Source: Candidatus Wolfebacteria bacterium GW2011_GWA1_44_24
GTDB lineage: Bacteria > Patescibacteriota > Minisyncoccia > UBA6257 > UBA9933
Length of the DNA stretch: 64,000 bases
Assembly (NCBI GenBank): GCA_001001115.1
Contig: LCIO01000001.1
Span: 236,339-300,338, forward strand
Direction: 5' to 3'
Shown in pieces: positions 47,313 to 56,097 of the stretch. Positions within the stretch are counted from its first letter, which is position 1, and every line of letters begins with the position of its first letter. The notes under the pieces were generated by a model. That model saw nothing but the letters and a program-made list of their open reading frames with translations, was not told the origin of the DNA and did no database searches. The position numbers and the translations under genes were made by a program.

Positions 47313-48950
47313 TTATTTAAACACTCTTGCTGTCTTAATATACCATTGAGCGATATTTTTAAAACGCTCCTCGGGAGAAGAAATCGACGATTCTTCCACT
47401 CCCGAAAGCGTCTTCTTGCTGACATAAAGATAATCCGGCGAATAAAGGAAAACTGCCGGATGGTCCTGCTCAATCAACGATTGAAGACTCATGAATTCGG
47501 ACTGCCTTTTTGTTTCGTCAAAATCCTTCCTGATCGATTCAATCAGACTGTCCGCAATTTTATTCTCGTAAAGCGCCAAATTCAGGCCGGGATAAAATCT
47601 TTCCGAAGAATGCCAGAAAGAAAAAAGGTCTGGGCTTTTGCCCAAAATATTGCCGAAAAGAATCATCTGATAATTTCTATTTTTAATGATATTGTTGTTA
47701 ATCTCGGCCAAAGAAAGAACTGAAATGTTCAGTTTAACTCCGATCTTCAGCCATTGGTCGCGAATAAGTTCCGCGGTTTTGATTAAGAAAGGCATTTCCG
47801 GAACCGTCAAATTAAATTCCAGTTTAACCGTATTTTTTTCTATCTCTTTTGTCCGGACGTTCTCCTTATTATTCCATTTCCAGCCGGTATTTTCAAGAAT
47901 GGCGTTGGCTTTATCAAAAGAAGAAGATTCTGAACCAAGTCCGGAAGGCCCGCCAATCAACGGTCCGGAAACCGGCGTTGCTTGCCGTTTTAAGACTTTG
48001 TCGATAATTTCATTTTTGTCAACGGCCGTATTCAGCGCCAATCTCACATTTTTATCCTTTAGGGCTGGCTGGGCGTTGATATTGAAAAAGACGGCATAAT
48101 ATTTCAGCGTCTTAAAAAAAGAAATTTTATGGGTAAAAGCGATTTTAGACAAATCATCGGGGTTTGTCAAACCAAAACCGTCGATGGCGCCGAGATTAAA
48201 AGCGTTGACCATTTCTTCTTCGTTGGTAAAAAAAACAAATTCGATTTCTCCCAAGTAAGGCGCTGGCCCGAAATAATTTTTACTTTGCTCTAAAACATAA
48301 GAGGTAATATAACCGTCAGAGCGTTTGCTCAAATTTTTGAACCGAAAAGGACCGCTGCCGACCGGCTCAAAATTATAATTGGAGAGTCGCAAATTGGCGG
48401 CCGGAATATCGGCAAAAATGTGTTTGGGAATTGGTTTAAGACCCAAAACGGTGTCGTTGAAAAAAGAGTAAGAGGCGGGAAGATTAAATTCCACTTCCCG
48501 TTCGCTGACCCTTGAAATTTTAACGCCTTGCCAATTGGAAAAAAGAGGAGAGCGGACATCCGAATTCTGAATGGTTTCCACCGTAAAAATAACATCGTCG
48601 GAAGTTATCGGCCGGCTGTCCTGCCAGAAAATTCCGTCTTTCAAGCGATAACGCCAGCTTTTGCCGTCTTCGCTGATTTTATAAGTGTCAATCATTCCGG
48701 AAAAATCGCCGAAAAGCAATTCAACCAAATCCTTATCTGCGCTTGAAACCGTCAAAACCGGATTGATAAAACTCGGCTGGCCAAGAACACCTTCCCTGTG
48801 TTCGCCGCCGGAAACCGCCACAATTTTTGTGTTTTCCTTGATATAATTCGCCGCCAGCAAGGAAAAAGAAAGCAAAAATACGAACAGCGCTCCGCTGAAA
48901 ATAAAAATTTCCTTGCGCGAAAAAAACTTGAATAATTGTTTAATAAACAT
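47313..48950 (-). CDS. ABC transporter substrate-binding protein, family 5 (oligopeptide/dipeptide OppA/DppA-like)
   Basis: N-terminal anchor. 545 aa. …GGEHREGVLGQPSFINP… and overall family-5 SBP architecture. Confidence 0.65.
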   Translation of the reverse strand: MFIKQLFKFFSRKEIFIFSGALFVFLLSFSLLAANYIKENTKIVAVSGGEHREGVLGQPSFINPVLTVSSADKDLVELLFGDFSGMIDTYKISEDGKSWRYRLKDGIFWQDSRPITSDDVIFTVETIQNSDVRSPLFSNWQGVKISRVSEREVEFNLPASYSFFNDTVLGLKPIPKHIFADIPAANLRLSNYNFEPVGSGPFRFKNLSKRSDGYITSYVLEQSKNYFGPAPYLGEIEFVFFTNEEEMVNAFNLGAIDGFGLTNPDDLSKIAFTHKISFFKTLKYYAVFFNINAQPALKDKNVRLALNTAVDKNEIIDKVLKRQATPVSGPLIGGPSGLGSESSSFDKANAILENTGWKWNNKENVRTKEIEKNTVKLEFNLTVPEMPFLIKTAELIRDQWLKIGVKLNISVLSLAEINNNIIKNRNYQMILFGNILGKSPDLFSFWHSSERFYPGLNLALYENKIADSLIESIRKDFDETKRQSEFMSLQSLIEQDHPAVFLYSPDYLYVSKKTLSGVEESSISSPEERFKNIAQWYIKTARVFK

Positions 48951-48996
48951 TAAATCTGTCCGGGCCTGCTTGGTCGGATTGCCGGATTTACAAAAA

Positions 48997-49209
48997 CTAT
49001 CTAAGCAGGCTGAATAAAGATAATCCCATTAAGATGACGACCAAAACAATGGTTGCGCCGAAAATTATCCGTTCCAACCCGCGGCGAGTCTGGTAAAACC
49101 CCCCTTCGGACCCGCCAAAAACTCCGGAAAGTCCGGAAGAGCGTTCTTGCAATAAAATTAAAACAATCAAAACAACGGAAACAATAATTTGAATGACGGA
49201 GATAAGCAT
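48997..49209 (-). CDS. secG: Preprotein translocase subunit SecG
   Basis: 70 aa, two TM helices, with the characteristic LLQ…SGLSGVFGGS…G motif. Confidence 0.8.
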   Translation of the reverse strand: MLISVIQIIVSVVLIVLILLQERSSGLSGVFGGSEGGFYQTRRGLERIIFGATIVLVVILMGLSLFSLLR

Positions 49210-49619
49210 TATTTATGGAATCTTTTCGCCAAAAAATCGGAAATGAGGTGAACCGCGCTAATAATCAACGTGGCGTATAATAAAGACAATATGCCGTTAA
49301 TTTTAACGCTTTCGGAATAAAAGTCAAGAAAATAAAGAATGGCGGCGTTGATGAAAATCAGTCCCGCCCCCAGAGTAACAATAATAAAAGGGCTGAAGAT
49401 GAGTTTTAAAACCGGCTTGATGAAGATATTAATGGCGGTAAAAATCACCACCGTTGTCAAAAATTGAACCGATAAAAAACCGGCGGTAATTTCAAAACCT
49501 TTAATAAAATAAGCAGCCAGCCAAAGAGACAAAAAATTGGAAAGAAAAAGAAAAATTAGCTTAAAAATCAATCTCATAATTATCCACAGCTTCTGTTTGG
49601 AATATCCGGGATTATCCAT
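49209..49619 (-). CDS. Small 4-TM membrane protein (phage-holin-4-like/YvlD-type fold?)
   Basis: Hydrophobic 4-helix protein. Start uncertain; trimmed to avoid overlap with the divergent gene. Confidence 0.4.
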   Translation of the reverse strand: MDNPGYSKQKLWIIMRLIFKLIFLFLSNFLSLWLAAYFIKGFEITAGFLSVQFLTTVVIFTAINIFIKPVLKLIFSPFIIVTLGAGLIFINAAILYFLDFYSESVKINGILSLLYATLIISAVHLISDFLAKRFHK

Positions 49620-49670
49620 TATACTATAAAATAGTAATCCAAAGGTCGATAAATATTTTATCACAAAGAA

Positions 49671-50348
49671 ATGATAATTCAAAATTTAGCGGATGCCACA
49701 ATTAGTTCACTTCTGAACACTTGGGGCGGTGTCATCGGTTTTATTCCGTCGTTGATCGGCGCGTTGATTATTTTAATCATCGGCTTGATTGTCGCGGCCG
49801 GTTTGAAATCGCTGGTAGAAAGAATTCTTAGCGCCGTCAAATTGGACAACTTGCTTCGCCGATTGGAGGTGGAAAGTTATTTCCAGCGCGCGGGAATGTC
49901 GTTGAATTCAGGCAAATTTTTCGGCTCATTAGTTTACTGGTTTTTCGTGATTGTTTTTGTTCTAGCGGCAGCCGATACGGTTGGCCTAAGAGGGCTTTCT
50001 CAGTTTCTGGGAGAAGTCGTCGCTTACATTCCAAACATTATCGTTGCCGCATTGATAATGCTGGTAACGGCATTGGTGGCTAGCGCTCTAAGAACCGCGG
50101 TCAGCTCATCGGTGATGAGCGCCAAGCTTCACGCTTCCAAATTTTTGGGAACATTGGTTTGGTGGGCGGTGGTGGTTTTCGGCTTTATCAGCGCTTTGAT
50201 ACAGCTGGGAATCGCGCCCATGCTTCTCAACACCCTGATTACCGGCTTGGTTGCGATGTTGGCCTTAGCCGGCGGCATTGCTTTCGGTTTAGGAGGCAAA
50301 GATTACGCGGCTTATCTTTTAAACAAATTAAAAGAGCGCGTTGAATAA
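49671..50348 (+). CDS. Membrane protein with conserved TM-helix repeats (MscS-related N-terminal-like)
   Basis: 225 aa, 5-6 TM helices with repeated …LVxxxxxALxxxV… pattern. Terminator immediately downstream. Confidence 0.45.
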   Translation: MIIQNLADATISSLLNTWGGVIGFIPSLIGALIILIIGLIVAAGLKSLVERILSAVKLDNLLRRLEVESYFQRAGMSLNSGKFFGSLVYWFFVIVFVLAAADTVGLRGLSQFLGEVVAYIPNIIVAALIMLVTALVASALRTAVSSSVMSAKLHASKFLGTLVWWAVVVFGFISALIQLGIAPMLLNTLITGLVAMLALAGGIAFGLGGKDYAAYLLNKLKERVE

Positions 50349-50366
50349 AAAATTCATAGATTATTC

Positions 50367-50399
50367 AAAAACCCCCGCATTGCGGGGGTTTTTGTTTTC
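50367..50399. terminator. Bidirectional rho-independent terminator
   Basis: AAAAACCCCCGC-att-GCGGGGGTTTTTGTTTT. Confidence 0.75.
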
Positions 50400-50443
50400 T
50401 TATTTACTATCCTATTTTACGATCGTTAAATAGGATAGTAAAC

Positions 50444-50779
50444 TTATTTCCCTCTGCCTTCGTATTTTTCAAAAATCGTCCAAAAACTGAGGTTTTTTTC
50501 TCCCTGATTATAAACCTTGTGGAAATCGCCGGCAGGCACAAGCACCATATCCCCGGTTTTGACTTGAATTTTGCGGCTGGCCGCCTCCATCAATCCTTCG
50601 CCGTCAATAAAAACGTAAACCTCATCGGCATCGACATGGGAATGACCGGTGGTGGCTTTTTGCGGCTCAAGCTCGGTCAAAGAAACCGTTAAATGATTCA
50701 GGTCAGATAAATCGTAAACTTTATAAATCTCGTTGTCTCTTATAAGCTTGGCCGATTGTTTATACTCCTTAATATCCAT
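50444..50779 (-). CDS. Cupin-domain protein
   Basis: 111 aa. G(x)5HxH…E…G / …PxGxxHxxxN-like two-motif cupin pattern (TTGHSHVDADEVYVFIDGEG…GDMVLVPAGDFHKVYN). Confidence 0.65.
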   Translation of the reverse strand: MDIKEYKQSAKLIRDNEIYKVYDLSDLNHLTVSLTELEPQKATTGHSHVDADEVYVFIDGEGLMEAASRKIQVKTGDMVLVPAGDFHKVYNQGEKNLSFWTIFEKYEGRGK

Positions 50780-50828
50780 ATATCCATAGAATAATAAATT
50801 ATGGCGATAATTTCAATTGTAAAAAATA

Positions 50829-50862
50829 AAAAAAGCCCCGAGCAATAAACTGCAAGGGGCTC
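50829..50862 (-). terminator. Terminator at the left edge of the higher-GC island
   Basis: On the minus strand: AGCCCC-ttgcagtttattgctc-GGGGCTTTTTTT. Confidence 0.5.
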
Positions 50863-50883
50863 GATGATTAACAAGCGCTGTCG

Positions 50884-51369
50884 CTAACTCGCTATGCGCT
50901 TGTAGAGGAAAAACGGCATAAGCCGGAGAATTAACTCTCGGCTCCACCATTTTACCCAGGAACGGGTGCGCGGTTGCGTCGAGTCCGAACAGAACCACCC
51001 GTCGTTGGGGAACGGAAGCGCACAGACCCGAAGCGCAATCCGCGCTCCAGCTTCTTTAATTGCTTCCCGCATATCTCTCTTGCACCGCCAAAGATGCGGT
51101 TCAGCGGCAACGACCCAGAGCTCTCCGAATCCTTTCTTTATTGCCCACTGGACAGCTCCTCGCGCAACACGGAGAGTCGGCGGCGGATTGCCGGGTTCCT
51201 CCTTGATATATTCCACCGAAATAGCATCCCCAACACAAACATCGCTTTGAGTGTACACCGTAGCGTCAAGGTTATACGCTTTTGTCGAGCAAATTGTAGT
51301 GATGAGCCGATTAGAACGGATGGTTTTTGGGACTCCAAATCCAAATGCAACAATGCCTGTGTTTTTCAA
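50884..51369 (-). CDS. Hypothetical protein, markedly higher GC than surroundings
   Basis: TTG start with strong SD (ATAGGAGGTGAAGA). 161 aa, no recognised motif. Local GC ≈55-60% versus ≈35-40% for neighbours. Confidence 0.5.
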   Translation of the reverse strand: MKNTGIVAFGFGVPKTIRSNRLITTICSTKAYNLDATVYTQSDVCVGDAISVEYIKEEPGNPPPTLRVARGAVQWAIKKGFGELWVVAAEPHLWRCKRDMREAIKEAGARIALRVCALPFPNDGWFCSDSTQPRTRSWVKWWSRELILRLMPFFLYKRIAS

Positions 51370-51517
51370 TCTTCACCTCCTATATTTGAAGTTGTAAAAA
51401 GAGCTGATTTCTAACTAAATTAAATATAACATAGATTATTTTATTTGTAAAGAGTGAGAAAAAATTTACTGATTTGCTTTGTCCGCCGATGGCCTAAATC
51501 TTCTAAAAAGAAAATTT

Positions 51518-51656
51518 GGTGCAGTATTCTTGAATTAGTCCGAACACATTTCGCCGCCTGCGGCGGCAAAGATTCGCCTGCCTGAATTGGTGCGGCTCGC
51601 CCCGCCGAGCGGGGCTCGCCGCGTTCTTTGACAATTTCAAGTTTTTCTTTGGCGAC
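51518..51656. repeat. Intergenic modular repeat, copy B (M1 … GC-rich palindromic middle … M2)
   Basis: M1 and M2 ends are shared with copy A. Middle contains CCGCCTGCGGCGG and CGCCCCGCCGAGCGGGGCTCGCCGCG palindromes. Confidence 0.7.
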
Positions 51657-51710
51657 AAATTCATTCTCGGAAAAGAAAAAAGCGGCTTTGTCATTCATGA
51701 CAGGGTGCCG

Positions 51711-52571
51711 CTAAACCCTCTGTTTAAGTTCTTTTCGAACATACAGTGTTGGTCGCCAAGGGTGGCACATAAAAATAGAGCCGAAGCTGACGGCTTTCGC
51801 GCCGAGACTTCTGACTTTTTCGAGATCGTCGAAATCCCACACGCTTGGTCCGATTACAGGAATTGTTGTCAGCTCGGTAAGTTTCTTGACCAAACCCCAT
51901 GTGAATGGCTGAGCAATTTTTCCAGATACACCACCACCCCCAAGGATTTCAAGAGGGCTTCGGCGATTTGGGAAAGCTACTGCCCAGGGAATGCTGTTGA
52001 TTGAAATGGCTTCGACAAGATTCTCAGCCCCTTTCACGATTTGCGAAATATCGTGAGTGACAGACACTTTAAGAATCAACGGCAGACGAGAATTGGTCTT
52101 GACCGCTTCGCAACTTGCAATGACTCTCGCTGTGTCTTGCAAGACGTAAGTTTCAGCGTTCGGACATGAAGCGTTGATTTCCAACCCAGCTAAGTCAAAG
52201 CCGTTCAGCATCCCTGCCATTTCCGCTAATTCTTCCGGTTCTCCGAAAATCGAAACAATCAGAGGAATTTTTGTTGAATTGAGTGATGGGCCGATTTTCT
52301 TACACCACCAATCAATCCCTGGGTTTGACAGCCCGACTGCGTTGACAACCCCGCCACGGACTAATCGCAGGCAACGAAATGGATTATACCATCGCAGATT
52401 TCCTTCCGTTGGCCGAAGTGTCAATGTTTTGGTTACCGAAGTAAAGAGTGTTGGGTCAAGAAGCCCGATCCAACGCCAAGGTTGTTCCCATAGCCAACCC
52501 TTTCCGTCGAAACTCAATGCACCACTTGCGGTCATGTATTCAAAGGTATGACCATTGGAAAACCTTATCAT
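51711..52571 (-). CDS. Dihydroorotate dehydrogenase-family flavoprotein (class-1 DHOD/PyrD-like TIM barrel), higher GC
   Basis: SD AAAAAGGAGGTGAATAACC-ATG. Motifs YMTASGA (NASG-like), TKTLTLRPTEGN, VNAVGLSNPG, LEINASCPN, GGGGVSG, IPVIGPSV(GG). Confidence 0.6.
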   Translation of the reverse strand: MIRFSNGHTFEYMTASGALSFDGKGWLWEQPWRWIGLLDPTLFTSVTKTLTLRPTEGNLRWYNPFRCLRLVRGGVVNAVGLSNPGIDWWCKKIGPSLNSTKIPLIVSIFGEPEELAEMAGMLNGFDLAGLEINASCPNAETYVLQDTARVIASCEAVKTNSRLPLILKVSVTHDISQIVKGAENLVEAISINSIPWAVAFPNRRSPLEILGGGGVSGKIAQPFTWGLVKKLTELTTIPVIGPSVWDFDDLEKVRSLGAKAVSFGSIFMCHPWRPTLYVRKELKQRV

Positions 52572-52714
52572 GGTTATTCACCTCCTTTTTGTGTTGTAAG
52601 GTACAAAATAAGTTAGATTTTCCCAACCTATTGCCAAACAGATATTACACCTCAAAAAATAAAAAATCAAACAAAAAACAGAAATTCCCCAGAATTTCTG
52701 TAACAAATAATATG

Positions 52715-52852
52715 AAAAAATTTTCTTTTACCCAAAATTCAAAATATGGTTTCCTCCAGAGGTGGGCAGGCGAGCCGATGTTTTTCTCTGGGTTCTTTTG
52801 CGGTTTTGAGCGGAGCCGCACCGCTGACAATTTCAAGTTTTTCTTTGGCGGC
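52715..52852. repeat. Intergenic modular repeat, copy C (M4-like + M3 GAGCCGATGTTTTTCTCYGGGTTCTTTTGCGGTTTTGAGCGG + M2)
   Basis: M3 is shared with 53670-53718. M2 is identical to copy A. Confidence 0.7.
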
Positions 52853-52905
52853 ATTTAATTATGAATTCTCAAAACAAGAATAACGCTATGACTACAAATC
52901 AACAA

Positions 52906-53634
52906 CTACTTGCTTACATCGTAAGCAACGCGGACATTAGACCCCTCGGGTTTTATTTTTCTGATTGTTATTCCGCGAATATCTGCAAGATTGTTTACAT
53001 GTGTCCCGCCACAAGGAACGCCGAAGTCTCCATACATCACAACGCGAGCAGGTTTTCCCTCTAGCAGATATTCAGGGACATGATGGCAAACTTCGTGCAT
53101 CTTTTCCTTCGGCATAAAAATAAGTTTGGTTGGGCGATTTTCACCAATAAATTTATTGCACAAATTTTCAATGTCGGTTTTCAATTTTTCCTTATCCAGT
53201 TCGCCAAGACTTCCGGCGTATTCAACATAAGGACCTTCTGGAAAATGATAGCCCTTGCCGGGCACCCAATTAAGTTTCAAGGCAGTAACCGCCATGTCAA
53301 CAACATGACCGGCAGAGTTAATACGACTGTTGAGTGCGCGGCGTGTTTCATCAACTACACACTTGACGGTTTCTCCGGTTTGAAAAGTTACGGAATCAAA
53401 TTTTCCGATGTGCTTCACTACTCCCTCAACAAAGCGCACTTCTTCAACGGAAAATTTTCCAGAAGGTCTTTCGATTACGCCCTTGTCGTATGGCTGACCG
53501 CCACCTTGCGGATAGAAAACAGTTTGATCCAAAAGAACAATATCCTTACCGTTTTCTTGCGTTACCTCCAAAACCTTTGCTTCAGTAGCAAGGAGATTGA
53601 AATCTTCCAAATAAAGCAGTTTCGTTGGTTGCAT
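52906..53634 (-). CDS. alaX: AlaX-like alanyl-tRNA editing protein (Ser/Gly-tRNA(Ala) deacylase; Thr/Ala-RS second additional domain)
   Basis: Zinc-binding HxxxH (…AGHVVDMAV…) and CxxxH (…PCGGTH…) motifs. 242 aa. M4 module directly upstream of ATG. Confidence 0.75.
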   Translation of the reverse strand: MQPTKLLYLEDFNLLATEAKVLEVTQENGKDIVLLDQTVFYPQGGGQPYDKGVIERPSGKFSVEEVRFVEGVVKHIGKFDSVTFQTGETVKCVVDETRRALNSRINSAGHVVDMAVTALKLNWVPGKGYHFPEGPYVEYAGSLGELDKEKLKTDIENLCNKFIGENRPTKLIFMPKEKMHEVCHHVPEYLLEGKPARVVMYGDFGVPCGGTHVNNLADIRGITIRKIKPEGSNVRVAYDVSK

Positions 53635-53640
53635 AGGATT

Positions 53641-53760
53641 AAAAAATTTTCTTCCCCCAAAATTAAAATATGGTTCGAGCCGATGTTTTTCTCCGGGTTC
53701 TTTTGCGGTTTTGAGCGGCGCGGCTTCGCCGCCTTTCCGATCAAACTTGCAATTTCCTAC
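53641..53760. repeat. Intergenic modular repeat, copy D (M4 + M3 + inverted M2-like segment) abutting the tRNA-Arg 3' end
   Basis: M4 identical to 31039-31061. M3 matches 52772-52812. Segment CCGATCGGAAAGGCGGCGAAGCCGCG is the reverse complement of part of copy A. Confidence 0.65.
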
Positions 53761-53761
53761 A

Positions 53762-53836
53762 TGGTGCCCCCGCGAGGAATCGAACCTCGATTTTAGCCTT
53801 CGGAGGGCTATGTTCTATCCATTGAACTACGGAGAC
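53762..53836 (-). tRNA. tRNA-Arg (anticodon CCG), CCA encoded
   Basis: GTCTCCG-TA-GTTCAATGGATAGAAC-A-TAGCC-CTCCGAA-GGCTA-AAAT-CGAGG-TTCGATT-CCTCG-CGGGGGC-ACCA. Acceptor stem has two G·U pairs. Confidence 0.7.
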
Positions 53837-53838
53837 AG

Positions 53839-54096
53839 CTATTTTATAAAATTTTTATCAATTTTACGATAAAATTTAATTCTTTCGTTTGTATTATTTT
53901 TTAAAGTATATTCTCGAAATCTTGCTTCTGAACGAAAATTAAAATATTCTTCTCCCAATAAAACGAGTGGCCGTCGGTCTCTCGTCGCCACAACAAATCC
54001 TTTATTATGACGCTCTAATCTTTGTTTTAAATTATCAGTATGCCCGACATAATACTTGCCGTCAATTAGAGACTTTAATAAATAAACATAATACAT
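53839..54096 (-). CDS. Small GIY-YIG nuclease-domain protein (YhbQ/UPF0213-like)
   Basis: YYVYLLKS…GKYYVGHTDNL…R…HN (GIY-YIG core). 85 aa. Confidence 0.7.
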   Translation of the reverse strand: MYYVYLLKSLIDGKYYVGHTDNLKQRLERHNKGFVVATRDRRPLVLLGEEYFNFRSEARFREYTLKNNTNERIKFYRKIDKNFIK

Positions 54097-54145
54097 GACT
54101 CCTTCGGTCTCCGACTCTTCGAGTCGTTAGACTCGGAGAGAGGGA

Positions 54146-54175
54146 GGCATTGTATCCATTCAACTACGAGGACAA
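54146..54175 (-). pseudogene. Degenerate duplicate of the 5' ~30 nt of tRNA-Arg(CCG)
   Basis: GGCATTGTATCCATTCAACTACGAGGACAAA versus the tRNA 5' region GGCTATGTTCTATCCATTGAACTACGGAGACAG (~85% identity over the D-arm/acceptor). Confidence 0.5.
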
Positions 54176-54679
54176 AAACATTAATTTAATATAAACCACA
54201 TCGCTCGGCGCGGGCGAGTAAGAAATTTTTTCCTCCACTTTTTTAAAAGCGTCTTTGATTTTTTTCGCCAATTGTTTAGCCAATTGATTTTCCGTTGAAG
54301 TAACAATCAAGTTTCTTTTGTCTTTCTTAATTTCAATCAGGCGGTGCTGGGAATCGCGAGCGTAAGCTCGACGGCCAAAAGCCTCTATTAAATGGACGAG
54401 TTCTTTTAAAAACTTGTCGGGGATGTTTAAAATGACGATTTCTCCTTCAAACTGCTTGTTTTTTATCATCTTGCAGGCCGGACAAAGCAAAAATTTTATC
54501 GCCAGATTCTCGGCAAGGTTCTTATAATGGCGAAGATTGTGGTGCCAAGATTTTTTATAGTAAACCGCGTTGCAGTTTTTACAGAAAACCAGTCCAGTTT
54601 TCCCGCGGACAAATTCATGCTCCTCGGTACGCGGCGCGTAAAATTCAATGGCTTCGGTTTTAACGATATTTTTTTTCAT
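54164..54679 (-). CDS. Hypothetical zinc-ribbon protein (two CxxC pairs)
   Basis: CKNCNAVYY…CPACKM. 171 aa with Lys-rich C-terminus. No confident family. Confidence 0.4.
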   Translation of the reverse strand: MKKNIVKTEAIEFYAPRTEEHEFVRGKTGLVFCKNCNAVYYKKSWHHNLRHYKNLAENLAIKFLLCPACKMIKNKQFEGEIVILNIPDKFLKELVHLIEAFGRRAYARDSQHRLIEIKKDKRNLIVTSTENQLAKQLAKKIKDAFKKVEEKISYSPAPSDVVYIKLMFLSS

Positions 54680-55803
54680 CAGTAAACTAAGTTATATATT
54701 AACCCCGAAATAAAAACAAGAATCAAAAAATAAACGATAACCGGGTTGATTTTGCGTAAAAATCCAACCGCCGGCGCGGCTTTGAAACTTTTTTGCCACA
54801 TCAAAATCACTAAAATTCCTTCCAAGCCGACAAAAACGCCGCCGGTCAGCGCCACCATCTCCAAAAAATTCTGAAAACCCAAAAAATAAAGAATTAAAGG
54901 AGAAAACGCCGCGACTAAGCCGGATAAAATATGCGGAAAATTCAAATCGTGTTCCAAACTTTTTTTGATGTCGCGGCCGATAACGATGTAGGTACTCCAC
55001 AAAGAAATTATCCCCAAAACGCCCAAAACTCCGATAATTAAAAGAGGAGTTTGGCCCAACAAACCGGAAATGGAATCTTCGGAAACTATTTTTGACAAGC
55101 CTAAAATTCCAAAAATAAACAATGTGAAAACCGCGGCCGGCGCGACGCTCCCGACAATAATCGATTTTTTTGCCAAAAGAGGCGAGAGACTGTTGTTTCG
55201 GAAATAGCCGAGCAACGCCGGAATAGCCACCCTGCCGGCCAAAGAAAATAGAATGACTCCGTACGGCAGAAAAGCGTTATTAAAATTAAAAAGCGGCGCA
55301 GTAAATATTTTTCCCAAATTTTCCGCGCCAAAAAGAAAAACTATCAAAACGATTAAGGCCGTGCCGAGAAAAATCAGAAGCTCGGAAATCGCCAATTTAT
55401 TAATTCCCAAAAAAATCGCGGCTGAGCCGAAAAACCAAAAAATCAACAGTTTGTGAATATCGCTTGCTCCCGGCAAAATCAAATTAATAAAACTGATGGA
55501 GAGAATCAAATAAACGGTGAGAGAAAAAATCGCTCCCAAAATCGTCATCAGCATTCCGGACCAAAAACCAATATCGCCGAAATAGATTCTCGCGTAGCCG
55601 GCAAAACGATGATTTTCCGAAGTTCGTAAAATAATATCCGCGTACATTAAATGAATCAGAATGGAAACCAAGCCGAAAAAAAATAAATAAAATAAACCCA
55701 AGCCAATGCCGGATTTTTGAAAAACATAAGGCAGGGCAAACATTCCGGCGCCGATAATCGTTTCAGCCAGTAAGCCGGCCGGCAGAATAAAATTCTTATA
55801 CAT
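54679..55803 (-). CDS. Amino-acid permease-like transporter (Trp/Tyr-permease/amino-acid transporter fold)
   Basis: 374 aa, ~11 TM helices. N-terminal GAGMFALPYVF motif typical of aromatic amino-acid permeases. Confidence 0.55.
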   Translation of the reverse strand: MYKNFILPAGLLAETIIGAGMFALPYVFQKSGIGLGLFYLFFFGLVSILIHLMYADIILRTSENHRFAGYARIYFGDIGFWSGMLMTILGAIFSLTVYLILSISFINLILPGASDIHKLLIFWFFGSAAIFLGINKLAISELLIFLGTALIVLIVFLFGAENLGKIFTAPLFNFNNAFLPYGVILFSLAGRVAIPALLGYFRNNSLSPLLAKKSIIVGSVAPAAVFTLFIFGILGLSKIVSEDSISGLLGQTPLLIIGVLGVLGIISLWSTYIVIGRDIKKSLEHDLNFPHILSGLVAAFSPLILYFLGFQNFLEMVALTGGVFVGLEGILVILMWQKSFKAAPAVGFLRKINPVIVYFLILVFISGLIYNLVY

Positions 55804-55809
55804 ATATAA

Positions 55810-56055
55810 TTAAACGGCGTAAATTTTGTCTCCCTCTCTCACCTTTTCGCCGACCTTAATCCCAACCTCCTGTCCTTTTTTGGCGCTTTCAATGTCTTTG
55901 TGGTCGTACTGTATCGATTCAATGGTTTGGGTGAAATCCGTGTGAGCGCCCTTTAAATGGACGGTTTCTCCGATTTTTACCGCCTGATTGAATTTCGCGA
56001 TTGCCACGCCCAGATGGCCGTAATAATGAGTGATTTCACCGATTGGTTTTTCCAT
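55810..56055 (-). CDS. Small β-barrel protein (EF-Tu domain-2-like)
   Basis: 81 aa. …GHLGVAIAKFNQAVKIGETVHLKG…GQEVGIKVGEKVREGDKIY resembles translation-factor domain II; tentative. Confidence 0.35.
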   Translation of the reverse strand: MEKPIGEITHYYGHLGVAIAKFNQAVKIGETVHLKGAHTDFTQTIESIQYDHKDIESAKKGQEVGIKVGEKVREGDKIYAV

Positions 56056-56097
56056 AAAGCGTTCGCTAATTAGCGATTACTTCGCGACCTTTAGTTT

